A DNA stretch of 64,000 nucleotides, taken from NCBI GenBank assembly GCA_004524535.1, contig SDNY01000003.1, forward strand, positions 1 to 64,000. The letters run 5' to 3'. Position 1 is the first letter of the stretch. Each line of letters starts with the position of its first letter. Position numbers and translations under genes: made by a program. The notes under the pieces are model-generated. The model saw nothing but the letters and a program-made list of their open reading frames with translations. It had not been told where the DNA came from and made no database searches. This DNA is from Promethearchaeota archaeon (GTDB lineage Archaea; Asgardarchaeota; Lokiarchaeia; Sigyniarchaeales; SOKP01). Positions 1 through 9,113 of the stretch are shown here, in pieces.

Positions 1-53
1 GGCATTTACAAGATAATCAGGATTCCTTAGAAGAGATATTTCTCGAAGTTTAA
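1..53 (+). CDS. 3' end of a gene running in from the window edge (…HLQDNQDSLEEIFLEV*), possibly an ABC ATPase C-terminus
   Basis: Open frame from nt 3 to TAA at 51-53; SLEEIFL resembles the C-terminal motif of DrrA-type ABC ATPases. Confidence 0.35.
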   Translation, partial: HLQDNQDSLEEIFLEV

Positions 54-219
54 AAAAAATTAGATATATCCAACTGTTAAGGTGAGAATAATGTCGGATT
101 AAAAAAAATAAAAAATTAAAGATAAAAAAATACTTCATTAGATACTGAAAAAAGAAAAAAAAAGTTTATAACTTTTTACACAAATGCCTTTTTTGGTATT
201 GCCAAAATCCCGATTTCCC

Positions 220-1801
220 TTATGGTAGAGCCAGCCTTCCAGTTATCAGGGAGACTTTCCCCGCAATGTCCAGGATGCATAATAAAATTCGGATCTACCA
301 ATTTTTTGAATGCCCTTAAGTACTTCCAATACATACCTGCTTGGTAATACGCTTGAATGTGGATAAACGGGTCTGGACGATAATTTAACCAACCCCGCTT
401 CAACGAGTATTCCGTAGTGACCGCATTAAGCTCTTGCACCTTTTCAAAGTCCTTATCTTTCGTACTTTTTCGTTCTAGCAGTTTTTTTCTGCTAAAATAT
501 CGAAACAGATGATAGGCATGCAAATAGCTTGTCTGCATCTCTCTATTGACGCAATCCACATGACTGGAGGAATTTCGTGCTAAAGAAGGGGATTCCCTTC
601 TCTTAGTATCTCGTTCCTCCATCTCACGATTGTACATCTCTGCGAATTCTGCACACTCATTCCAAGGAGTATACCACGTAATAAATAAGAAACCTGCGTC
701 CCAAAAACTATAAGGGATTGCAATCTTATTTGGCTTTTTCATTCTACTGGCTATTTGTTTAGGATGCAATTCCCAAGGTTTCATAGCAGCCCCATCTTTA
801 GCACGATTCTTTTTGAAATCTTCTGCCATCGAATTTATCCGTTTGATAACATAATCCAATTCCTCTTGAGTTTGAGCCCAGCATTCCCAATTCATCCACC
901 ATTCTGGAATTCCAATTTCTTTAAAGAATTCATATTCATGTGGAATTTTATCCTTTGGCCAGCGTGTCATAACAAGGGGATAATTACCTCCCTGAACCAT
1001 TACGGTGTTATGGCTGATTCCGAATTCTTGGTGACCCACTTCAAGAGTTAGGTTCTGCATATCATAAGGATTTGACATTCCCCACGCTACAACCGTTTTA
1101 TGTTTAGGGTGAGGATAAATTTTTACCGCAGCTTTAGTAACAACACCTAAAGCTCCTTGGCTTCCCATTAAAAATGACCACATGTCTGGACCAATACCAA
1201 ATTTGTAGAAAGGTTTTGCAAAAGGAAGCGCCCAAGAACCTGTTCTTACAACATCTCCGTTAGGAAATACGACTTCTGCACACATAAAGTTATCTCCTTG
1301 AGGCCCTACACTTGATGTATAAAGAGAGAAACCTCTATCAATAGCATCCCCCATTACAGTTGCTGCAGGAGGAGCCCCATCAGCTATAGGAGGAGCCCAA
1401 TCAGGATGATATTTCTCCATATAAGCCCATAGTCCACCGTTAGTGACACCAGGCTCAACGATTGCGTATCGATTCGCCTCATCAATTTCTATTATTCTAT
1501 CCATTCTACCTAAATCTAGTAAAACGCCTGCTGGTTTAATTGTTGGACACGCAAACCCACCAGAGAGCCCTCCAGAAACAGGACTTACTGCGATCTTTTC
1601 TGCTGAACAATAGATTAATATTTTGCGTATTTCTTCCGTGTATTTTGGTCGTACTACAATATCTGGGATTTGACTTTCTAGACCCATTACCGATTTAGCC
1701 AGATAAGAAGCAGTGATTGCTTTATTGTTGCTGGCATAATTCTTTCCCACTATCCCAATCATTGCTTCAAAATCTTTCTCATCGGGTGCCTTATACGACA
1801 T
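220..1801 (-). CDS. FAD-binding oxidoreductase (VAO/PCMH, GlcD-like), predicted spliced from 4 exons: 1801-608, 573-499, 466-268, 236-220 (494 aa)
   Basis: VAO-type motifs (DIVVRP, GVLLDLGRMDRIIEID, VEPGVT, GSQGALGVVTK). Removing three BHB inserts gives …EERD/IPPVMWIASIERCRQAICMPIICFD/STKDKDFEK… and the family-typical end FKKLVDPNFIMHPGRLALP*. The ORF track's 176-1801 call is the unspliced read-through. Confidence 0.88.
237..267 (-). other. Predicted 31-nt BHB intron (intron 3, phase 1) in FAD oxidoreductase mRNA
   Basis: Central helix CUGG/CUGG (C-G, U-G, G-U, G-C); bulges AC^A and AA^G; internal stem UUG-CGGGGA/UCCCUG(A)UAA; excision gives CCU GGA C|GG CUG GCU CUA CCA UAA = PGRLALP*. Confidence 0.8.
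467..498 (-). other. Predicted 32-nt BHB intron (intron 2, phase 0) in FAD oxidoreductase mRNA
   Basis: Central helix UUCG/CGAA perfect; bulges AU^A and AA^A; 9-bp internal stem UUUUAGCAG/CUGCUAGAA with A7 loop; carries an in-frame UAG relative to exon 2. Confidence 0.87.
574..607 (-). other. Predicted 34-nt BHB intron (intron 1, phase 0) in FAD oxidoreductase mRNA
   Basis: Exon helix UGGAGGAA/UUCCUCCA; central helix CGAG/CACG (3 of 4 pairs); bulges AU^A and AA^A; internal hairpin CUAA(G)AGAAGGG/CCCUUCUUUAG. Confidence 0.85.
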
Positions 1802-2017
1802 AATTATTCATACCTTTATTTTATTTGTTTTTTATGAATTATATTAAAATTTTTATTATTTTGGAAAATTAAATACTGAATTTTAATTTTTCTTAAAAGA
1901 ATTTCATAAAAAGAAAGACTTTTTTTTATAAAATTATTGTTCAATTCTTAAAAATAATTCACGTAAAATACAAAAATATTATTCAAAATTAGATAAATTT
2001 ATTGCTAATTTTAATTT

Positions 2018-2557
2018 TTACAAACCAGTATTCTTTAAAATTAGTCTAGTTAATGTATTGAATAAGACCTCAACATTTTCCCCCGTTTTAGAAGAGCATT
2101 CAATATAATCATAAAATTCATGGGATTTTGATATACTCATCGCTTTTTCAATAGAAATAGTTCTCATTTCCTGAAGATCTGATTTTCCTCCAACCATTAT
2201 AATTGGGATCTGTTCTCCAGCTGTACTGTTTTTAAAAATATTAAGCCATTCACCTATATTGTTCAATGTATTCTCTCGAGTGATGTCATACATGAAAATA
2301 CCACCAGATGATCCACGTAAATAAAAAGGTAACATAGGTCTAAATCGTTCCTCGCCTACTAAATCCCATATCTGCAATGAAATCTTTATATCATCTATTA
2401 CTAGGTTTTTCATATTGATATCAACGCCCATTGATTTTTCCATATCTTTTCCAATATCTTTTTGGAACTGGTCATTTAGATATCGAGAAATTAAAGCGGT
2501 TTTCCCAACTCCCGTATCTCCAAATACACAGACTTTAAAAGCATAATCCGATGAAAT
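2018..2557 (-). CDS. Rab/Ras-like small GTPase (about 179 aa, probable ATT start)
   Basis: Frame extends upstream of the ORF-track start to include FKVCVFGDTGVGKT (G1); WDLVGEE (G3), GGKSD (G4), ECSSKTG (G5); GGAGG lies 6 nt upstream of ATT at 2557. Confidence 0.9.
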   Translation of the reverse strand: MSSDYAFKVCVFGDTGVGKTALISRYLNDQFQKDIGKDMEKSMGVDINMKNLVIDDIKISLQIWDLVGEERFRPMLPFYLRGSSGGIFMYDITRENTLNNIGEWLNIFKNSTAGEQIPIIMVGGKSDLQEMRTISIEKAMSISKSHEFYDYIECSSKTGENVEVLFNTLTRLILKNTGL

Positions 2558-2715
2558 GGTTATCCTCCAAGAACCCTTAAAATGTAATTATATTTCTAAT
2601 ATTGATTTTTATTTAAAAATTTAATATATATTGAAAGTAATAATGGTTTTTAATAACATTTTGATGTCCCTACTTGTTATCTCTGGACTAATATCTCTGG
2701 TTGAAAATTCTACTA

Positions 2716-3801
2716 TTAATAAAAAATTTCCTTCGCTATCCCTTCAATTGGCGTAAAAACATTCAAATTTCTATCCCAGTCCTCAAGAATATTTGAATAT
2801 ATTGTTTCAATTTTATTAATAAATTTACTCAATAAAATTTTAAGGGATTCTAACTCTTCCTCACATATTAAAACCCCATAAATAAATCTCCCCGGTTGAA
2901 AGATTAGAATTTTTTCTTTCTTTTTAATTATAGAAATAGAATCAATGTCGCTTACTTTTTCTAACATCATTTTTATAGTTGTCAAGGTACCTGTAATGAC
3001 TGATTCATCAATTGGAGAGCCCTTTTCTCTAAAAGACTTTTTATAGATAAAAAGACCAGATTTATGCATTATAAAAACACTAATAATTTTATCTTGCCAA
3101 TTATATTCATTATAAGAAGGAATAGTAATAAAGAAAAATGAAATTAAAATTAATCCGAATAGTTGAAGGATATCTCCTATAAAACGGATACCTAATCCGA
3201 AAATTCCGACCAATAAACTCATAGTTAAAGTAGATCCTACAGCTATTAAAATAATTCCTATACAAAATTTAAGCAACTCTAATTTAAAACCTCTTAAATC
3301 TATTTTAATATAAAATTTTGAACCTAAATCAATCAGATAAATTGTAAAGAATCCTATAAAAAATATCCAAAATGAAAGTAAAATAAATAGTCTATAATAG
3401 CTATCAATGAAAAAAGCTAAGAAAGAAATTAAAATTAAAACCAAACAAATCTTAGTAAATAAGTATTTTCTAATAAAAACTTTATATTTTTCCATAATTC
3501 TTACAAAATTAATTAAAAATATCATTTGAATTAAATAGCCTAAATTTAAAATAAAATTTCTTAAATGAATACTATCAACATAATAATCCCCAACTATTAT
3601 AAAAAACCACATAATAGAATAACCAAGAAATAGCCAGATATATCCTTTTTCCTGTGAGCTTTTTAATTCACTTATTTTTTCACTTCTAATTCTCATCCAA
3701 AATATAACTGCCAGTTCCAACAAAAAAAAAACAAATAATGATTCCAATACTAATAATGGTTCTTTTAAGGATCCTTTTATAGGAAATTCATTTAAAATCA
3801 A
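2716..3801 (-). CDS. Multi-pass membrane protein with C-terminal longin/roadblock-like domain
   Basis: About 7 hydrophobic helices followed by VFIMHKSGLFIY…F..K.ETIY…W…F, a pattern typical of Asgard longin-like domains. Confidence 0.7.
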   Translation of the reverse strand: MILNEFPIKGSLKEPLLVLESLFVFFLLELAVIFWMRIRSEKISELKSSQEKGYIWLFLGYSIMWFFIIVGDYYVDSIHLRNFILNLGYLIQMIFLINFVRIMEKYKVFIRKYLFTKICLVLILISFLAFFIDSYYRLFILLSFWIFFIGFFTIYLIDLGSKFYIKIDLRGFKLELLKFCIGIILIAVGSTLTMSLLVGIFGLGIRFIGDILQLFGLILISFFFITIPSYNEYNWQDKIISVFIMHKSGLFIYKKSFREKGSPIDESVITGTLTTIKMMLEKVSDIDSISIIKKKEKILIFQPGRFIYGVLICEEELESLKILLSKFINKIETIYSNILEDWDRNLNVFTPIEGIAKEIFY

Positions 3802-3822
3802 TTTAATACCCCTTAATTTTTC

Positions 3823-4974
3823 TTATACAATTAATTTTTTCATTATCGCATCAAAATTTGAGAATATTTTTTCTTCCTTGCCTTCAATATCATTCAAATT
3901 GATTAGTATATTTTTATAAATCTGTTCAAATTCATTTCTAATTGTTTTTAAAAAATATCTAAGGCTGTTCATATCTTTTCTGACTAATAAACAATAAATT
4001 ATAAAAGATTGAGGCTCTTCTCCACGATTCAAAAGAATTATGAAATCTTTTTGTCTAATTGATTCAATAAATTCTAATTTTGTATTTGTAATACCTGAAA
4101 TAATCTTATCGATTCCAATAATCCCGCTTGAAAATAACTGCTTAATTTCTTCGATATTTGATAATTTATTTAATGATTTACCATGTTGATCTATGATTTC
4201 TTTAAAATCAAATGTGTAAATTACGTTTAAATTACGTTGATTTATAATAAATACATATAGTAAAGATTCTTTCCATCCAAATTCAAGAAAGGCGGGAAAC
4301 CTAAAAACGCCTAAAAAAACAATAATTAATCCACAAACAAATATTGGAGCAGAAATTAATTGAAGGTGCTCACTATAACCTTTAAATAATACTTGGGATG
4401 GGAAATACCCCCCAATAAAATGTTGCACCGCACACAACGTCAATCCCAACAATACAAGATTTAATCTTTTTTTTATATCACCTGTAGAAATTTTAATTAA
4501 TCTAGTATGAAAATAAAAGATATATGAATATGATATCGCAAGAGTTATTCCAGAAATCAGACCAAAAAAAAGGTTTTCAGGTTGAAATATGAAGACTGTA
4601 ATCATTGGGATAATTATTAAAATAGCTAAAATTTTTGTAAAAGTTGAATTTATGATTTTTTGGAATGATTTGGTTGATATTATAATAAAAAACAACATTA
4701 AAGCTGAATAAAGAATAAGAAAAGTTATTTTCGTTAAGAAATGAAAGATTTCAATATTAATTTCTCCGATATAATAAAGATTTATTATACGAATGAAAAA
4801 TCCAGTTAACATTAATCCAAATATTAATCCATAAGCTAGTAAAATGTCGGTAAATTCTAAATTTGCTTTTTTAGCCTTATAATATTGATATAAAAAATAT
4901 ATGAAAATTTGATAACCAATAACCAACGATATGAATAATGGGGGAATAAAAAAATCTCTTAGATTGTACTCCAT
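3823..4974 (-). CDS. Multi-pass membrane protein with C-terminal longin-like domain (paralog of neighbour)
   Basis: About 7 TM segments, then WKESLLYVFIINQ…SGIIGIDKII…FEQIY. Confidence 0.7.
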   Translation of the reverse strand: MEYNLRDFFIPPLFISLVIGYQIFIYFLYQYYKAKKANLEFTDILLAYGLIFGLMLTGFFIRIINLYYIGEINIEIFHFLTKITFLILYSALMLFFIIISTKSFQKIINSTFTKILAILIIIPMITVFIFQPENLFFGLISGITLAISYSYIFYFHTRLIKISTGDIKKRLNLVLLGLTLCAVQHFIGGYFPSQVLFKGYSEHLQLISAPIFVCGLIIVFLGVFRFPAFLEFGWKESLLYVFIINQRNLNVIYTFDFKEIIDQHGKSLNKLSNIEEIKQLFSSGIIGIDKIISGITNTKLEFIESIRQKDFIILLNRGEEPQSFIIYCLLVRKDMNSLRYFLKTIRNEFEQIYKNILINLNDIEGKEEKIFSNFDAIMKKLIV

Positions 4975-5141
4975 TAAATAATTAATAGTTTTCTCTTTAT
5001 TTAATTTCTTTATATTATTATCATTATTTTAGTCTTAAAAAAGATAAATTAAGAAAACAAGAATTATTAGCAAAAGATTTAAAAAGGTCTGAATAAGTTA
5101 AACCATATTCCTAAATTAGAAATAGCATAAGATGATTTAAT

Positions 5142-6503
5142 ATGAATGAAGTGGAATTAGAAACTAAAACTGTTAAAAAAAATGTTTTTTTCTGGGCAAT
5201 GTATGATTTGGCAAATACAATTTATTCAATGGTAATTGTAAGCTTAATAATTTTTCGATATATTATGGTTATTGCTCAAGTAGAGGATGGAATAACTTAT
5301 GGTCAGGCGAGTTTCATTTTTGGGCTTGTTCAAGGTCTTATGCAAGCAGGATTAGCGATTGCGGTTCCGATAGTCGGTGCCTTTGGCGATCAAAGTGGAA
5401 AGCGTAAACCTTATGTGATTACTTTAGGAGGACTCTGTTGTCTTTTTGCGAGTTTACTCGGTTTCTGGCATAGTTTATGGGTAGTATTATTCTTTTTTAT
5501 TCTTGCTAATGTCTCATACCAATTATCGCTGATTTTCTACGATGCGATGATCCCGTTTATAGCGAGCAAGGAAGATATTGGAAAAGTCTCAGGATTTGGG
5601 ATTGCTTGGGGATATTTTGGAACGATAATCTCACTCATTGTACTACTACCTTTGATGTTTATGTGGGGCGATGTTGTAAGCGATCCAACTCAAGGAGATC
5701 TTTCCTATGGATACACAGGTTATTGGATAACCTTTGTTTTACCTATGGTTCTTTTTTTTATTTTAATGATCCCATTCTTTTTCGTTCGTGAAAAACAAAA
5801 AGGAAAAATGGCTCCAGTTCGCCAAGTAATCGGTGATTCTTTAAGACAATTAAAAGCCACTCTTAAGGATATAAAACAACATAAACCAATGGTCATCTAT
5901 ATATTTGCGTATTTTTTGATTGGTAATGTTGCACAAACTTTAATTGTTTTAATGATGCCTCTTGTCACCGATGGCCTTATTATTGGAACAGGAGGTCAAG
6001 CATCTGATATTATTGGTGTACTTTTTATTTTAATTGGAACAGTTTCAGCTGTAATTTTTACAACAGCGGTTGGAAAATTCGGTCAAAAACACGGACCAAA
6101 AAAATGTTTTTATTTGGTATGCTTTTTTTGGGCTATATCTTTGATAATCGGTATTTACCTAATTTTTACATTACCATACATCGATATTGGTTTAAATTAC
6201 CCATTTATCCTTGCCCTTATGATGGTAATCATAGTGGGACCAGCATTAGGGGGAACTTGGGCAGCAAACCGCATTATGGTGACAAGGCTCTCACCTAAAG
6301 AAAAATTTGGGGAATATTTTGGCTTTACAAGCATAAGTGGAAAGGCATCGGCATCCTTAGGGCCTATCATTTTTGGGACGATTTTGCTAACTGCTGATGT
6401 GATTGGCAAATACGCGTGGGGTCTGGGATTGTGTGCTTTGGGGGTTATTATGATACTGGGATTAATACTCCTTAAATTTGTAAAAGTATCGGAAAAAATG
6501 TAA
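5142..6503 (+). CDS. MFS transporter (UMF1/Atg22-like)
   Basis: WAMYDLANT, FYDAMIP, GKVSGFGIAWGYFG, GEYFGF motifs; about 12 TM. Confidence 0.85.
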   Translation: MNEVELETKTVKKNVFFWAMYDLANTIYSMVIVSLIIFRYIMVIAQVEDGITYGQASFIFGLVQGLMQAGLAIAVPIVGAFGDQSGKRKPYVITLGGLCCLFASLLGFWHSLWVVLFFFILANVSYQLSLIFYDAMIPFIASKEDIGKVSGFGIAWGYFGTIISLIVLLPLMFMWGDVVSDPTQGDLSYGYTGYWITFVLPMVLFFILMIPFFFVREKQKGKMAPVRQVIGDSLRQLKATLKDIKQHKPMVIYIFAYFLIGNVAQTLIVLMMPLVTDGLIIGTGGQASDIIGVLFILIGTVSAVIFTTAVGKFGQKHGPKKCFYLVCFFWAISLIIGIYLIFTLPYIDIGLNYPFILALMMVIIVGPALGGTWAANRIMVTRLSPKEKFGEYFGFTSISGKASASLGPIIFGTILLTADVIGKYAWGLGLCALGVIMILGLILLKFVKVSEKM

Positions 6504-6521
6504 ATTCTTCTTTTTTTTTCA

Positions 6522-7346
6522 TTATTTTTTTTTTACAATTTTTTTTTTAATTCCTAATCTAAAACCAATATAAGCAAAAACATTTGATGTGAAAATAGCA
6601 GCTGGTAAATAGAAAAGAATAACAAAGAAAAATAGCGGGTCTACTGAATATAAATAGGCAATGAGTATTACTACAAGATATAATCCCGAATTTAAAAATG
6701 CTAAATTCCGATTTAAAGTAATATAGCCGGAGATAATATTTGGGACTACAAAAACAATTACTACAATTACCATTGATATAACCATTACTTCAGGAATTAC
6801 TTCAGTAATTAATTCTTCTTGAGAATATGTGCGGTCTTCAAAAAAAATGTATTGAAAATAGTAGGAAGTTGCCATTAGATTTAAAATGGCAATTAAGATG
6901 GTGATAGGAACTAAAATAATCCACGAGAGAACAAGTCTTTTTATTGTAGATAAGCTAGTTTTATTTATTATATTTCCATCTATTATTTTTTCCATTTCGT
7001 TTATATCTATTTTGTCAGAGTCATAATCTGGTGAAAACATAATGATAATTTCGTGCATGATGTTTTTAAGAACTTTAGTAATAAGGTCATTATCGTCTGA
7101 AGAATTAACTATTGCTGCTGCCACTAATTTTTCATCTTGCTGTTCAGCTATTATTAATTTATTATCTTGACCCAAATCGATGTATTTTATCACACTCCGT
7201 AAGGCCTCTCTGCTAAAATTTGCGATTGAGGCAAAAAACCCAATCATTATATTATCTTCAAAGTCTTCTTTCGTGTAATTCTTTGAATATATCAACAACC
7301 CATTTTGTTTCATAATGTAAAAACTTTTTATCATATTATTACTCAC
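6522..7346 (-). CDS. N-terminal longin-like domain plus about 4 TM helices
   Basis: MIKSFYIMKQNGLLIYSKNY…GFFASIANFSRE longin-type start; hydrophobic C-terminal half. Confidence 0.7.
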   Translation of the reverse strand: MSNNMIKSFYIMKQNGLLIYSKNYTKEDFEDNIMIGFFASIANFSREALRSVIKYIDLGQDNKLIIAEQQDEKLVAAAIVNSSDDNDLITKVLKNIMHEIIIMFSPDYDSDKIDINEMEKIIDGNIINKTSLSTIKRLVLSWIILVPITILIAILNLMATSYYFQYIFFEDRTYSQEELITEVIPEVMVISMVIVVIVFVVPNIISGYITLNRNLAFLNSGLYLVVILIAYLYSVDPLFFFVILFYLPAAIFTSNVFAYIGFRLGIKKKIVKKK

Positions 7347-7358
7347 ATTTTGTTATTT

Positions 7359-9113
7359 TTAAGTTAAATTAAAAAATTCTAAATATTCATGCATCGATGC
7401 TTTATATTTTTTATAATTATAAATATACGGGCCGACAATCTCCATTAATTTAATTATCAATTGATCTGGATTTTTTCTTGAAAAGATTTTGTATTTTTCG
7501 TTAACACGTTCTGTAATAAAGGTTGCTGATTTAATTTCTAGCATTTTTTTCAATGCGTCAATATCAGGATTATTTAATTCAATCGTGATTATTTCACCAA
7601 AATGTGGAATTTTCGAAATAAAATCATTGACAGTACCAAGTTCAGCAGTTTTTCCAGAAACCATAAGGATTTTATCGCAGTTTGAAACAATATTTTTACG
7701 ACCATGAATTATTAAGATAACATGAAATTTCTTTTTTATTTTATTCATAAAATCGTTAAAATTTTCACCTTGAATCCGTTCTAACTCGCCTGGAGGTACA
7801 GAGAACATAATTATATCAGGTGATTTTAGAAGTTCTCTTGAGATTGATAATAATAAACGATCTATATTAGAAAGTGTAGAAACTTTTTCTTTTTTTCTGT
7901 TTAATAATCCTGTTACTTCTAAGGCGGAATTTATAAAGCTCTTTTTAGTCTTGTATTTTGGAGGCAACGATATAATTTCGTCAATTTTACTAAAAATTCC
8001 AGCAAATTTTGCTTTAGTGCTTAAAGCTCTCTTTCTGATTTTCCATTTTGGTTTTATTTTAATATTATAATGTACTGCTTTCTTAATAGACATGTTTAAT
8101 ATTCTCTCATCAAGTAAATGCGAAGTTATAACAATTTTTTTCAACTCATCATTTGTAGCTAACTGTATATGTCTTCCGAATAATTTGATGGTTCCTGAAT
8201 CTATTAATTGAGAACCCGCTATTATATTAAACAATTTTACTATTTGTGTATTTGATCTGAATTCTCTTGATGATTCTAAATTGTAAAGGATTCCAATTGA
8301 TTGCCCTCTATGAATATTAAACGTTATATCTTTAATATCCTCTCCAGAAGATATATTATTAACTACGAGATGCTGTGTTCCCCCTTTTAAGTTAAATAAT
8401 GATTTAATTATTTGAAAGATATGAGGGGGGTTCTCAGCATCCCAACTTTTAATTACATCTGTATTTATAGAAATATTTTCCATGAAAGCTGTTACTCTTT
8501 TTACTTTTTGCCTTAATGTGCCTTTAAATTTCTCTCTTAATATCTCTTTGAAGCGTTCTATATAGGTTTTTATATATTTTTCAATTATAATTTGATTTTT
8601 TTCCATTAATTTTGGTTCAAGAGGGTATTTTTCTAAATTAATCTTGAATTTAATAATTAGATCAGGAAGATAAATTCTTATCTTTCTGAAGTAAGGATTC
8701 CCAACAACGGGACTATTTTCAAAATGCTCATCAATTAATTGGATTTCATTATCCAATATAGCTAAATGAGATTCTAATTCTTTTTTAATCAGCTTATTAA
8801 CTCTTTCTATTATTTTTTTAGGGCTAACAAGTCCATCTTTATCAATATCTGGCTCAACTATAATTTCAATAAAATCAAATTCAGTCTCTGTAGGGGTATA
8901 TATTTTTATGAGGGGAACACCGCGTTTTATTACATCCTCATTGGTGAAAAATAAGATTTCAATATATAATCTTTTATAAATTAAATCTAAAATAGTGGCA
9001 ATTCCAAACGTTCTTTCTCGGTAAATCATCCAATACTTTTCCGAAAATCGAATTGCATCAACAATTTTTAATCTTAAAACCTCTAATTGAGGTACTTTAA
9101 TAATAGAACTCAT
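7359..9113 (-). CDS. Degenerate ABC-ATPase-like protein with N-terminal UBC/UEV/RWD-like region
   Basis: ABC scaffold (ITFNIHRGQSIGIL, ALEVTGLL…LS…SRELLKSPDII) without Walker A or DE; upstream KYPLEP…SWDAENPPHIFQII. Confidence 0.65.
   Translation of the reverse strand: MSSIIKVPQLEVLRLKIVDAIRFSEKYWMIYRERTFGIATILDLIYKRLYIEILFFTNEDVIKRGVPLIKIYTPTETEFDFIEIIVEPDIDKDGLVSPKKIIERVNKLIKKELESHLAILDNEIQLIDEHFENSPVVGNPYFRKIRIYLPDLIIKFKINLEKYPLEPKLMEKNQIIIEKYIKTYIERFKEILREKFKGTLRQKVKRVTAFMENISINTDVIKSWDAENPPHIFQIIKSLFNLKGGTQHLVVNNISSGEDIKDITFNIHRGQSIGILYNLESSREFRSNTQIVKLFNIIAGSQLIDSGTIKLFGRHIQLATNDELKKIVITSHLLDERILNMSIKKAVHYNIKIKPKWKIRKRALSTKAKFAGIFSKIDEIISLPPKYKTKKSFINSALEVTGLLNRKKEKVSTLSNIDRLLLSISRELLKSPDIIMFSVPPGELERIQGENFNDFMNKIKKKFHVILIIHGRKNIVSNCDKILMVSGKTAELGTVNDFISKIPHFGEIITIELNNPDIDALKKMLEIKSATFITERVNEKYKIFSRKNPDQLIIKLMEIVGPYIYNYKKYKASMHEYLEFFNLT

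Noticed and set aside
51-100. AGGTGAG RBS plus ATG TCG GAT TAA after the first partial gene
   Set aside because: Only three codons; possibly an operon remnant but not supportable
237-607. MITE/IS footprints or CRISPR repeats as the source of the inserts
   Set aside because: The inserts share no sequence, lack consistent target-site duplications and regular spacing, and pair with exon sequence in BHB register
2441-2464. 12-nt near-duplication in GTPase switch I as a micro-intron
   Set aside because: Too short, no hairpin or BHB; simple tandem duplication
2662-2702. Short direct repeat TATCTCTGG x2 in intergenic DNA
   Set aside because: Only two 9-nt copies; no further support
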